IMG/VR virus record: IMGVR_UViG_3300043449_002688
Location: 90,802-154,801 of that record
Direction: 5' to 3' (one strand)
Origin: a virus
Length of the DNA: 64,000 nt
The notes beneath the pieces are model-generated. The model was not told where the DNA came from and did no database searches. It worked only from the letters and a program-made list of their open reading frames with translations. The position numbers and the translations under genes are program-made. Below are positions 26,339 through 34,168 of the stretch, one piece after another (positions within the stretch are counted from its first letter, which is position 1; every line of letters starts with the position of its first letter).

Positions 26339-28756
26339 TTATTGTTTTTTGCCTGTTGAATTATTTGTCGTATTATCTTGTGGAGGGTTAAGAACAGGGC
26401 TAACAGTAGTAGGAGAGACATTGGGGAAAAAAGTATTTTGTAAAGCATTTTGTACGCCTTCAATAAGACCTGTGCTTTTTTTAGAATTAAATAAAAAGCC
26501 ACCTGCAGAAGCGATTTGGTCGCTCATATTTCTAAATCCATCTACAGTTGCCTGCCTAATAATATTTGCAACAGAAGCTCCTTGTTCATTTGCTAATTTT
26601 TGCATGACAGCTTCTATATCTGCCGAAATCTGCGCTCTAAGGCCAGATTTTTCATCTTCTACCGAGATACCACCTTGAACTTTCGTGGTATCTATTTTAG
26701 TTTCTTTTTGACTCATAAACTCTTGATAAGCTTTATCTGCTGTCATATTACCAAGAAATACATCTGCGGCCAATTTTTTATTTCTCGTTAGTAACCAAGT
26801 TTTTGGGTCTAATTTAGCTTTTTTAAGTTGCTCCCAAGCTTCTGATCCTTCTTTGATTCCTGTAGTTTCGCCGATTGCTTGATTTTCAGCTTGAGTTGCT
26901 TCATCTAAAATAGCATCTACATCAACTCCTTCTGCTACCATTTCTTTAATACTGTTTCTTACATCTTTATTATTTAATCCTTGCTCAATTAATGCGGTTT
27001 GAACAAAAGGACTAGTTATACCCATTTTTGATAAAGCCATTTTTAATAAAGTATTAGTTATACCGCCAGATCTTGTTTGTCTTTCTCTAAATACGTTTGA
27101 AAGGTCTACGGCAGTTGTTGCTGCTACTTGTGAAGGAAGATTTGCTCCAATTGCAGATGCTATATTTGCTGCTCCAGCTCCGGTATAAGAAACGCTTGTT
27201 TGACCAAATCCTTGTTGTAAGGCTAATTGAGAAGCGTAATCAGCTAAAATTTGTCTTCCTGGCATTGATTCTTGTGAAGAAAATCCTGCTCTTGCAGCTA
27301 AATCCTTATAACTTTCTATTGCAAAATATTCACCAGCTTTTCCGCCTCCCAAAGCGGCAGCAGTTCTTGCTAATTGAGATTTAGCTGCTTCAGAAGACAT
27401 ACCGTATCTTTCAGAAAAAACCCCAAATGTAGCGTCTCGCATTTCTCTTATTCCATATTGCCCAAGCCTATTCCTCATATCAGCCAAATCTGACATATCT
27501 GCAACTTTTTGCTGCATTAAGTTTGCAGTATTAATGTGAGTCTGATCTATGCCAAACATTCTTTGCAAATTACCATGCAATGAACTTTCTTGATCTAAAT
27601 TTCTTCCAGCTTGACCTAAAGTAATATCATAAAGTTGTTTATCTTTTTCAGCTAATTGTGAAATTCTTTTAGCATAAGCTTCTTGTTGACTGATGGGCTT
27701 AGCAGACATATATCCATATGTGCCTCCAACAGCCACACCAGCCGCAATAAGAGGTAAAGCTACTCCGCCAGTAGCTACTGTAGCTAATCCAGCTACCCCT
27801 AGTTTAGCAAGAAGTGCGGCAGTTCCTACTACTCCTGCTACACTTGCTCCACCTAATAAACCGCTTATTGTTGCTTGAAATCCTCTACTGCTCAATGTGC
27901 TTTCTGCTCTATCTGCCATTAATCCAGAAGGAGAAGATGCCTCTCTTGCTTCTACGCCCAAACCAGCTCTTCTTAAAATTGCATTTGTGTAATCTCCTTG
28001 AATTGCTGCAGCAGTATATTGTTGTACAGCTCTTTGAGCCAATAACTGATTGGCTGGCTGGAGAGATCTTTCGTAAGATTCCATTCCATAATAAGCTCCA
28101 GGAAGTTGTATGCCTGTTTTGAGAGCAGAAGCTGTGGAAGCCATTAAAGCCCCAGCTAGGCCAAATCCTGCAACATTTGTCATAGCACCTAATTGAGCAC
28201 CAGGACCACCAAATTTACTTAGAAAATTAATAGCATTTTGGTTAAAAAAAGGTGATTGTTGCCAAATTTGATTTTGAGCTTTTACTAAATCAACTGTAGC
28301 TGCAATATTTTGAGATTTTAATTTATTAAGATTGTTGGCCCAAACGGTTTGGTTTGCAATGTCTTCTTTTGTTAAAGAATCTTTTCTTCTGTTTTCAAAT
28401 TCGCCTAATTTTTTTTGAAGCTGATCTATCTGAGTTTCATTAGTTTTAATAAAAGATTCTAAATCTTTAGACTTATCTTTATAAGCGTCTAGAATTTTCA
28501 TTCTAGTCTCGCTTGTAGCCTTATAAGCTTTAGTCGAAATATCGTCAAAAAGTTTAGATACGCCGCCTAAACCTGATTGCTGTTTTGCTAAATATTGAAG
28601 GGAGGTTTCAAAATCTTTTAAAGAGCGGTTTAACGCATCAAATGCTGTTCCACCAGATTCACCAAGTCCTTTTGTTTTAGCCTCTATTTTAGATAGAACT
28701 TCAAGGAGCTTTTCTCCTCCTTCTATCTTGGCTTCAAAAGTTAACTTACTGTTCAT
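26339..28756 (-). CDS. tape measure protein
   Basis: Helical Ala/Gly/Gln-rich 805 aa with a hydrophobic middle, downstream of two chaperone-like genes. Confidence 0.7.
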   Translation of the reverse strand: MNSKLTFEAKIEGGEKLLEVLSKIEAKTKGLGESGGTAFDALNRSLKDFETSLQYLAKQQSGLGGVSKLFDDISTKAYKATSETRMKILDAYKDKSKDLESFIKTNETQIDQLQKKLGEFENRRKDSLTKEDIANQTVWANNLNKLKSQNIAATVDLVKAQNQIWQQSPFFNQNAINFLSKFGGPGAQLGAMTNVAGFGLAGALMASTASALKTGIQLPGAYYGMESYERSLQPANQLLAQRAVQQYTAAAIQGDYTNAILRRAGLGVEAREASSPSGLMADRAESTLSSRGFQATISGLLGGASVAGVVGTAALLAKLGVAGLATVATGGVALPLIAAGVAVGGTYGYMSAKPISQQEAYAKRISQLAEKDKQLYDITLGQAGRNLDQESSLHGNLQRMFGIDQTHINTANLMQQKVADMSDLADMRNRLGQYGIREMRDATFGVFSERYGMSSEAAKSQLARTAAALGGGKAGEYFAIESYKDLAARAGFSSQESMPGRQILADYASQLALQQGFGQTSVSYTGAGAANIASAIGANLPSQVAATTAVDLSNVFRERQTRSGGITNTLLKMALSKMGITSPFVQTALIEQGLNNKDVRNSIKEMVAEGVDVDAILDEATQAENQAIGETTGIKEGSEAWEQLKKAKLDPKTWLLTRNKKLAADVFLGNMTADKAYQEFMSQKETKIDTTKVQGGISVEDEKSGLRAQISADIEAVMQKLANEQGASVANIIRQATVDGFRNMSDQIASAGGFLFNSKKSTGLIEGVQNALQNTFFPNVSPTTVSPVLNPPQDNTTNNSTGKKQ

Positions 28757-28758
28757 CT

Positions 28759-29256
28759 TTAATCCTCATCAAAAGTCGGAGGCGGATCGTCAAACTCTAC
28801 AAATTCTTTATCTTTTGCATTATCTGTTTTATTAAGATTAGGCTCTTGATTGTTTTTTAAGTTAGCGTTTTTATTTTCTTTTTCTTCAAATTGCTTGTTA
28901 AGCTTTTCTATTTCTTTTTCATACCATTCATCATCTTCTTTTTCTCGTTGAGATTTTTCCATTTCAGCTTCTAATGGATTGGTTTTAAATCTAACCAAAG
29001 ACTCTATTTCCTCTTGGATAGCCTTTTGAGCATTTTCTTCTGAAGAATTGATTAATTTATAAAAAACATCATCATAATATGTCTTTAAGACTACTTCAGG
29101 TGGCATTTCTTCTACTTGAAGTAATGGTGTATAAAAATTACGAGAATACCATCTACAAATATTTGAATACCAAGATTTAAAGCCGTTTTCAACGGCTTCA
29201 TTTAGGCTTAAAGTTTTAATATTACTAATGTTTTCAAAATTAAATAGTTTACTCAT
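28759..29256 (-). CDS. tail assembly chaperone (GT-like)
   Basis: Synteny; RWYS..F.TPL..VE motif; ATG at 29256 overlaps the upstream stop. Confidence 0.55.
   Translation of the reverse strand: MSKLFNFENISNIKTLSLNEAVENGFKSWYSNICRWYSRNFYTPLLQVEEMPPEVVLKTYYDDVFYKLINSSEENAQKAIQEEIESLVRFKTNPLEAEMEKSQREKEDDEWYEKEIEKLNKQFEEKENKNANLKNNQEPNLNKTDNAKDKEFVEFDDPPPTFDED
28834..28842 (-). promoter_or_regulatory. putative late promoter motif CCTAATCTT
   Basis: Intragenic copy 77 nt upstream of the tape measure start. Confidence 0.6.
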
Positions 29257-29641
29257 TTTTTGAAACTTTTTTAGCAAGCGTTTTAACGGCTTTGTCAGCT
29301 TCTTCTTTTAAAGACTGAGATCTTTCTTGTTCTTTTTGCATAGTTAATTCAAATACTTCTGCGATTACATTAGTATCTTCAAGATCTAATCCGTTATCAG
29401 AATCTGTCCAAAATTTAGGAGCTTCCAAGATTCTTACATAAAGCTGCCCAAAAAGATAAGCTTCCCCCTGTACGGTGGGAGTTGCTGCCTGTGCGTTTGC
29501 TCCGAGAATCATTCGGCGGCGTTCATCTGCTGTAAAATAATCTCTGCGAGAAATGACTGTTTTTACCAAAAATTTTCCAGTATAAACTCGACCTGTATTT
29601 TCGCCAACCGTATTGATAGTAAAAGTAGCTGTGGTTTCCAT
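29249..29641 (-). CDS. tail assembly chaperone (G-like)
   Basis: G..Y.G.F..K...L...I.EAP.FW motif typical of myovirus chaperones; synteny. Confidence 0.6.
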   Translation of the reverse strand: METTATFTINTVGENTGRVYTGKFLVKTVISRRDYFTADERRRMILGANAQAATPTVQGEAYLFGQLYVRILEAPKFWTDSDNGLDLEDTNVIAEVFELTMQKEQERSQSLKEEADKAVKTLAKKVSKNE

Positions 29642-29723
29642 TATATTCTCCTAAAAGTAAATTAAAATGGCAAAAATACCATTTTGATACTTATTTTAAC
29701 ACTATTTTTTTTGGATTACAAGC

Positions 29724-29732
29724 AAGATTAGG
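29724..29732 (-). promoter_or_regulatory. putative late promoter motif CCTAATCTT
   Basis: Restarts the minus-strand unit next to a + strand island. Confidence 0.7.
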
Positions 29733-29733
29733 C

Positions 29734-29762
29734 TTGTTTTTAAAAAAATATAATGCTAAAAT
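29734..29762 (+). promoter_or_regulatory. sigma70-type promoter (TTGTTT-17-TAAAAT, TG extension)
   Basis: Back-to-back with the late motif; drives the exonuclease island. Confidence 0.55.
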
Positions 29763-29792
29763 AAAGCGTAACTCATTAATAAAAGGCAAATT

Positions 29793-30230
29793 ATGCAAGA
29801 AAATCAAACATATCATGTTCTTGGTTTAACTTCCAGAGAACAAGTCGCTTTAAGGGCGCTTCTTTTTAATTCTTTTGCAGGTTGGATAGATAAAACCATT
29901 AGAGAAGTGGTTGATTCTACTGAAGAAAATGCTCAAAATAAAGCTTCTTATACTTATAAATTATTTTGTAAATATAACGACATTATTGATTTGTTAATTA
30001 GCGAAGATTCTTTAGGAAAGGCTAAGCCTACTTTTTTGCTTATTACAGCAGATACAATGAAACTTTTAAATATTGCAATACGAGCATTTGATGAAAAGAA
30101 CAACTTAATGGGTCCTAAAAAAACTCAGCAAGTTAAGCTCTGCTTTATGGATTTATCTAAAAAAATTTTGCAATCCTCACAATATCTATACACAAAAGCT
30201 GAAATAGATTTGGTTAAACGAGAAAAATAA
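29793..30230 (+). CDS. hypothetical protein
   Basis: 145 aa, TAATG-coupled to the exonuclease. Confidence 0.65.
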   Translation: MQENQTYHVLGLTSREQVALRALLFNSFAGWIDKTIREVVDSTEENAQNKASYTYKLFCKYNDIIDLLISEDSLGKAKPTFLLITADTMKLLNIAIRAFDEKNNLMGPKKTQQVKLCFMDLSKKILQSSQYLYTKAEIDLVKREK

Positions 30231-31126
30231 TGAAAAAACTTTTAATAATTGATGTAAGTAATTTATTTTATAGATGTTTTTACGGATCAACTCCATTGAT
30301 TACATCTAAAGGCATACCAGTTCAAGCTTTGCATGGATTTGTTCGAGGTATGAATTCTTTAATTAAAGAACGTGCTCCAGATTACATAGCTTTAGCCATG
30401 GAAGGGTCTGGCCCGTCTTTTAGGAAAGCTATAGAGCCTCTTTATAAGGCAAATAGATCTGAACTACCTAACGAATTAAAAGGACAGCTTAAGTTGCTTC
30501 CGGACCTTATCGAAGCTTTAGGGTTTAAGTCTTATCGCTATCCTGGATTTGAAGCTGACGATGTAATTGGTACTTTAGTTATTGAAGCAAGAAGAAAGTT
30601 TCCTGATATTGAAGTAGAAATTGTATCTTCTGATAAAGACTTTTCGCAATTAGTAGATGAAAAAGCTAATATTTTTGATTTAGCAAAAAATTTAACATTA
30701 GGTGTAAAAGAAATTCATAATAAATATGGTATTTGGCCGGAACAGTTTGTTGATTATTTGGCTATTGTCGGAGATACTTCTGATAATATTAAAGGAGTTC
30801 AGGGTATTGGACCAAAAGGAGCTTTAAAGCTTTTGCAGCAGTTTAAAACACTAGAAGGAATATACGTTAACTTATCTTCTATTAAAACTTCTATGCAGGT
30901 AAAACTTCTTCAATCTAAAGACGAGGTTTTTAAAGCTAAAAAGCTAGCTAAAATTAACACAGAAGTTCCTTTAACTTTAGATTTAAACGAAGTTGAATAT
31001 CAGGGTCCCATAGAGCCTAAATTACGTAAAATGTTCAGAGAGCTTGAATTTAAAGATTTAGAAATTTCAATGTTAGGACCAGGAGTACAAATTCTAGGTG
31101 GAATTGAAATAGGAGTAAGATCATGA
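30230..31126 (+). CDS. 5'-3' exonuclease / flap endonuclease (Pol I N-terminal-like)
   Basis: LIIDVSN, SFRK...YKANR, FEADDVIGTL, SSDKDF, GDTSDNIKGV.GIGPKGA H3TH motif. Confidence 0.95.
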   Translation: MKKLLIIDVSNLFYRCFYGSTPLITSKGIPVQALHGFVRGMNSLIKERAPDYIALAMEGSGPSFRKAIEPLYKANRSELPNELKGQLKLLPDLIEALGFKSYRYPGFEADDVIGTLVIEARRKFPDIEVEIVSSDKDFSQLVDEKANIFDLAKNLTLGVKEIHNKYGIWPEQFVDYLAIVGDTSDNIKGVQGIGPKGALKLLQQFKTLEGIYVNLSSIKTSMQVKLLQSKDEVFKAKKLAKINTEVPLTLDLNEVEYQGPIEPKLRKMFRELEFKDLEISMLGPGVQILGGIEIGVRS

Positions 31127-31611
31127 AGCAAATTTTGATTAAAGAAACAAATACTATTGATAAGATGGCTGGAACAAAATTTTCTCTTTTAATTAGCAAA
31201 AATATTTGCCCTAATTTAATTTTTAATGCAAAAAATATAACTAAAATTGAAATTCCTTTAGATTTAAAAGTTTTAGCTGGAGGCGAAGATTGGTCTCTTG
31301 TTTTTAACATTACTCCCATTCTTGCTGAAAATGGAATTGCTTTGCTTTCTGCTGAAAAAACTAAAGATAAAGTAAATGCCGTTTTTATGAATCTTACAGA
31401 TACAGATATTTCTTTAGAAGAAGGATTGCCTATTGTTGAAGTTACTCTAGCTCAATTAGTTTCTTTTAGACAAATTAAAGAAATGTCTAAGGTTGGAAAT
31501 GGATCTGCAGTGGCTATTTTTGATGCAGATGGAATCGCTAAAATTCAAACAGTAAAAGAAGAAAGAAGATCTGAAGCTCAGGCTAAAAAGACAAAAAAGA
31601 AGAAAGATTAA
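31123..31611 (+). CDS. degenerate dUTPase-like protein
   Basis: Secondary pattern IPLDL.V...I...LA..GI.L...V...NLT......EG..I....AQ, but no RSG or GxIDxDY motifs. Confidence 0.45.
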   Translation: MKQILIKETNTIDKMAGTKFSLLISKNICPNLIFNAKNITKIEIPLDLKVLAGGEDWSLVFNITPILAENGIALLSAEKTKDKVNAVFMNLTDTDISLEEGLPIVEVTLAQLVSFRQIKEMSKVGNGSAVAIFDADGIAKIQTVKEERRSEAQAKKTKKKKD

Positions 31612-31916
31612 TCTTCATCTTTTGAATTAAGTTCTATAGATTTGTCTTCTAAAGAAATTTTTGCGTTATCTAGTTTTCTTATCCTATAAAACACATAAGA
31701 AAGAACCCAAAATAGCATGGCAAAAGAAGTTGGTATTACCGATTGCGGCTTATAATGAAGCCATAACACAGAAGCTACTGTTATATAAAGCGCAATATAA
31801 TATGTAAGTAGGGTTACAGAAGGTTTTTTGTTTACCGGGTCATGAGCAAAAGGAAATTTTAATCCTTTCTCACATGCTTCGTCAATCCATTGTGCAATTT
31901 TGTAAAAAAAATTCAT
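31608..31916 (-). CDS. holin-like two-TM membrane protein
   Basis: D....KPSVTL plus two hydrophobic helices and a charged tail. Confidence 0.55.
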   Translation of the reverse strand: MNFFYKIAQWIDEACEKGLKFPFAHDPVNKKPSVTLLTYYIALYITVASVLWLHYKPQSVIPTSFAMLFWVLSYVFYRIRKLDNAKISLEDKSIELNSKDED

Positions 31917-32344
31917 TACATAATACCAAAAAATTTAACTAAGGCAGCGACACTTAGTATTGCTGCCGAAATTGCTCCAATCCATTTAATAAAAACACCA
32001 GTTGTTTGTATCCATTTGATTGGTTTTTCTGCAATATCTAAACGCTGAGACCATTCTTTTTCTCTTAGCGCGTTTTCTTCTCTTATTAGTTGGTTTTGTG
32101 TTTTAAGCTCTTGAACGCCTTGAATATGAACTTTTAATTGATGATTGTATTCAGATAGTCTCTCATTAACTTCTGTTAACGCAAAATTAATTTGATCTTG
32201 TTGTTTTGTATAAATACTGAGAATTGCTTTTTGGGTAGCTAATTCCTCTTTTACTTCTGTTAAAGCTAGCGTTTGAGAATCTTGCTTTTCGTGAAGTAAA
32301 TCTAAAGATCGACCGACTTTTCCGTTTTGCTCTGAATTGCTCAT
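31916..32344 (-). CDS. coiled-coil protein with C-terminal TM (XhlA/holin-associated-like)
   Basis: Heptad region followed by a hydrophobic C-terminal helix; ATG at 32344. Confidence 0.55.
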   Translation of the reverse strand: MSNSEQNGKVGRSLDLLHEKQDSQTLALTEVKEELATQKAILSIYTKQQDQINFALTEVNERLSEYNHQLKVHIQGVQELKTQNQLIREENALREKEWSQRLDIAEKPIKWIQTTGVFIKWIGAISAAILSVAALVKFFGIM

Positions 32345-32384
32345 AAAACCCCAAAACCTTAATGATAACAAAGACGTGTTATAT

Positions 32385-32393
32385 AAGATTAGG
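32385..32393 (-). promoter_or_regulatory. putative late promoter motif CCTAATCTT
   Basis: Intergenic, upstream of the lysis-like pair. Confidence 0.7.
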
Positions 32394-32449
32394 AAATGTT
32401 TTTAAAAAACAATAATATAAACCAAAAAGTGCTTAAAATATTAGAATTA

Positions 32450-34147
32450 TTAAACTATTTCACGCCATTGAAGGCTTACAGCTACGTTAGCAGTAGCATT
32501 TGCTTGCGAAGAAAGGGTTCTAGCTAAAACTACATAAACTTCTGAATCTGTAGAATCCATGTTTTGGTATATGATATTTTTGACAGCGGAAGAAAGCGAA
32601 GTTGCAGAAGCTGATGTTGTAGAGTTTTGACTGGTTCCTGCTGTAATAAATCCAGTAGATAGAGGATCTAAAACAACAGGAAGAAGGCTTGTAGCATTTA
32701 AACAGTATTCGGTAGCGCTTACATTTGGCTCTGTAGAAGTCCAAACGAGACCACCTGGGGCAGTAGTTGCAAGATAGCTTGCATTAGGTATTTTAACTAT
32801 TACATATTCTATGCTGGTAACTTCTGCATAAATAGAAGAATTAATAATTTTTACTCCAATTCTGTTTGGAAGCCCATTATAAGTATTGCTAAGTCTAACG
32901 GCCAAAACGGGCAAATAAGTGCGGCCTGGAGTTAATGTAGTTCTTATTCCAGTTGAAGCAGAAAAGTCTTTTCCTGCCTCGATATATCCACCTTCACTTA
33001 TAACCGTAGAGCATATTTGTTCCATTTTACCGCCAGCAGTTTCTCCTGTATTAAAAATTTCACATCTGACAGGTAGATTTGGATTGCTTAAATATGGAGT
33101 TTCCAAAACATTTGAATGATAATATTCATGAGCTACAATTACTTGTCCATTGTGAACAAAACCGCATCGAACTCTACCAACTCCTAACCATTGAAAGTCA
33201 ATATAAATAAGTTGCGTTTTGCTAGTATTAATATTGAATTTACTAGGGCCAGTCCCATCACATCTATCTATATTCCAATTTTGTTGAGGAACCCTTCTTA
33301 AATAAGAACCTATGTTAGCTTCGCTTGGAGTGCCGCCTATCTTAGATCTAATGACAAAATTAAGTTGACCGTTATCGGTTTTATTTGAAGTGTTTGAGCC
33401 AACTTGTTCAAAATAAATTCCATTATTATTATCAAAATATCCAGTTCTTTTTGTTACATTTTTTTCAGCATATCCAAAACAAATAGAAGAATAAATTAAT
33501 TGAGATTTCCCAGGCTGATATGGATGATATGCTTTGGTTTGATGTTGAACCGAGGAAGCAGGGTTACTGCTTGTTGTTAAAGTTACTGAAGCATTATTGG
33601 CAGTTGTTGTTGCTGTTCCGCCATTTAAGGTTTTTACATTATGATCTGTATCGTCGTATATATGTTTGTAATCGCCAAGAGAAAATACTTCTGAAATTCT
33701 AGTTCTTCCAAAGGCATCGTCATTTGATGGTTTTGAAATTATTGGAAAAAAATTATTAGAATTATAATATCTTCCAAATTCATCTACAAGAACATTTCTT
33801 AAAGCAACAGTAGGTTCTTCATCGTAAACTGCACGAATTATAAGTTCAGAACCCATCTTATTGCGTTCTTGTTCGTACATTTCTAAAGAACCGCCATCAT
33901 ATTCTGTTGGGTTTTCTAGTCGATTAAATTGAGGGTCTATTAAGCCAATTTGCAGTTGAGTGTCCGATAAAACTCTTTTAATTACATAATTTTTTGCTAC
34001 AATTCCAGTTTTCTTTAAAGTAACAATTTGCCTAACTTTAAGCCCAACTGTAGAAGTTACAGTTATAATATGATTAGAAACAAAAATAGGAGCAAGCAAT
34101 ATAGTTGGCCACTTGCTTTCTAATACAGAATACAAAGTTGACTGCAT
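32450..34147 (-). CDS. virion structural protein (lectin-like beta-sandwich domain)
   Basis: DAFGR.R.S, YQPGKSQ, R.GYFD.NNG.YFE and DFQWLGVGRVRCGF motifs of a widespread phage structural family. Confidence 0.7.
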   Translation of the reverse strand: MQSTLYSVLESKWPTILLAPIFVSNHIITVTSTVGLKVRQIVTLKKTGIVAKNYVIKRVLSDTQLQIGLIDPQFNRLENPTEYDGGSLEMYEQERNKMGSELIIRAVYDEEPTVALRNVLVDEFGRYYNSNNFFPIISKPSNDDAFGRTRISEVFSLGDYKHIYDDTDHNVKTLNGGTATTTANNASVTLTTSSNPASSVQHQTKAYHPYQPGKSQLIYSSICFGYAEKNVTKRTGYFDNNNGIYFEQVGSNTSNKTDNGQLNFVIRSKIGGTPSEANIGSYLRRVPQQNWNIDRCDGTGPSKFNINTSKTQLIYIDFQWLGVGRVRCGFVHNGQVIVAHEYYHSNVLETPYLSNPNLPVRCEIFNTGETAGGKMEQICSTVISEGGYIEAGKDFSASTGIRTTLTPGRTYLPVLAVRLSNTYNGLPNRIGVKIINSSIYAEVTSIEYVIVKIPNASYLATTAPGGLVWTSTEPNVSATEYCLNATSLLPVVLDPLSTGFITAGTSQNSTTSASATSLSSAVKNIIYQNMDSTDSEVYVVLARTLSSQANATANVAVSLQWREIV

Positions 34148-34168
34148 TGCTCGCTCCTTTTAACTTGA

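Noticed and set aside
14366-28122. Numerous short + strand ORFs, including 22934-23335, and the nested 26334-26678 ORF
   Set aside because: Shadow frames of well-supported minus-strand structural genes.
29250-29262. -1 frameshift at A AAA AAT in the tail chaperone
   Set aside because: The -1 frame hits TGA immediately and is not the downstream ORF frame.
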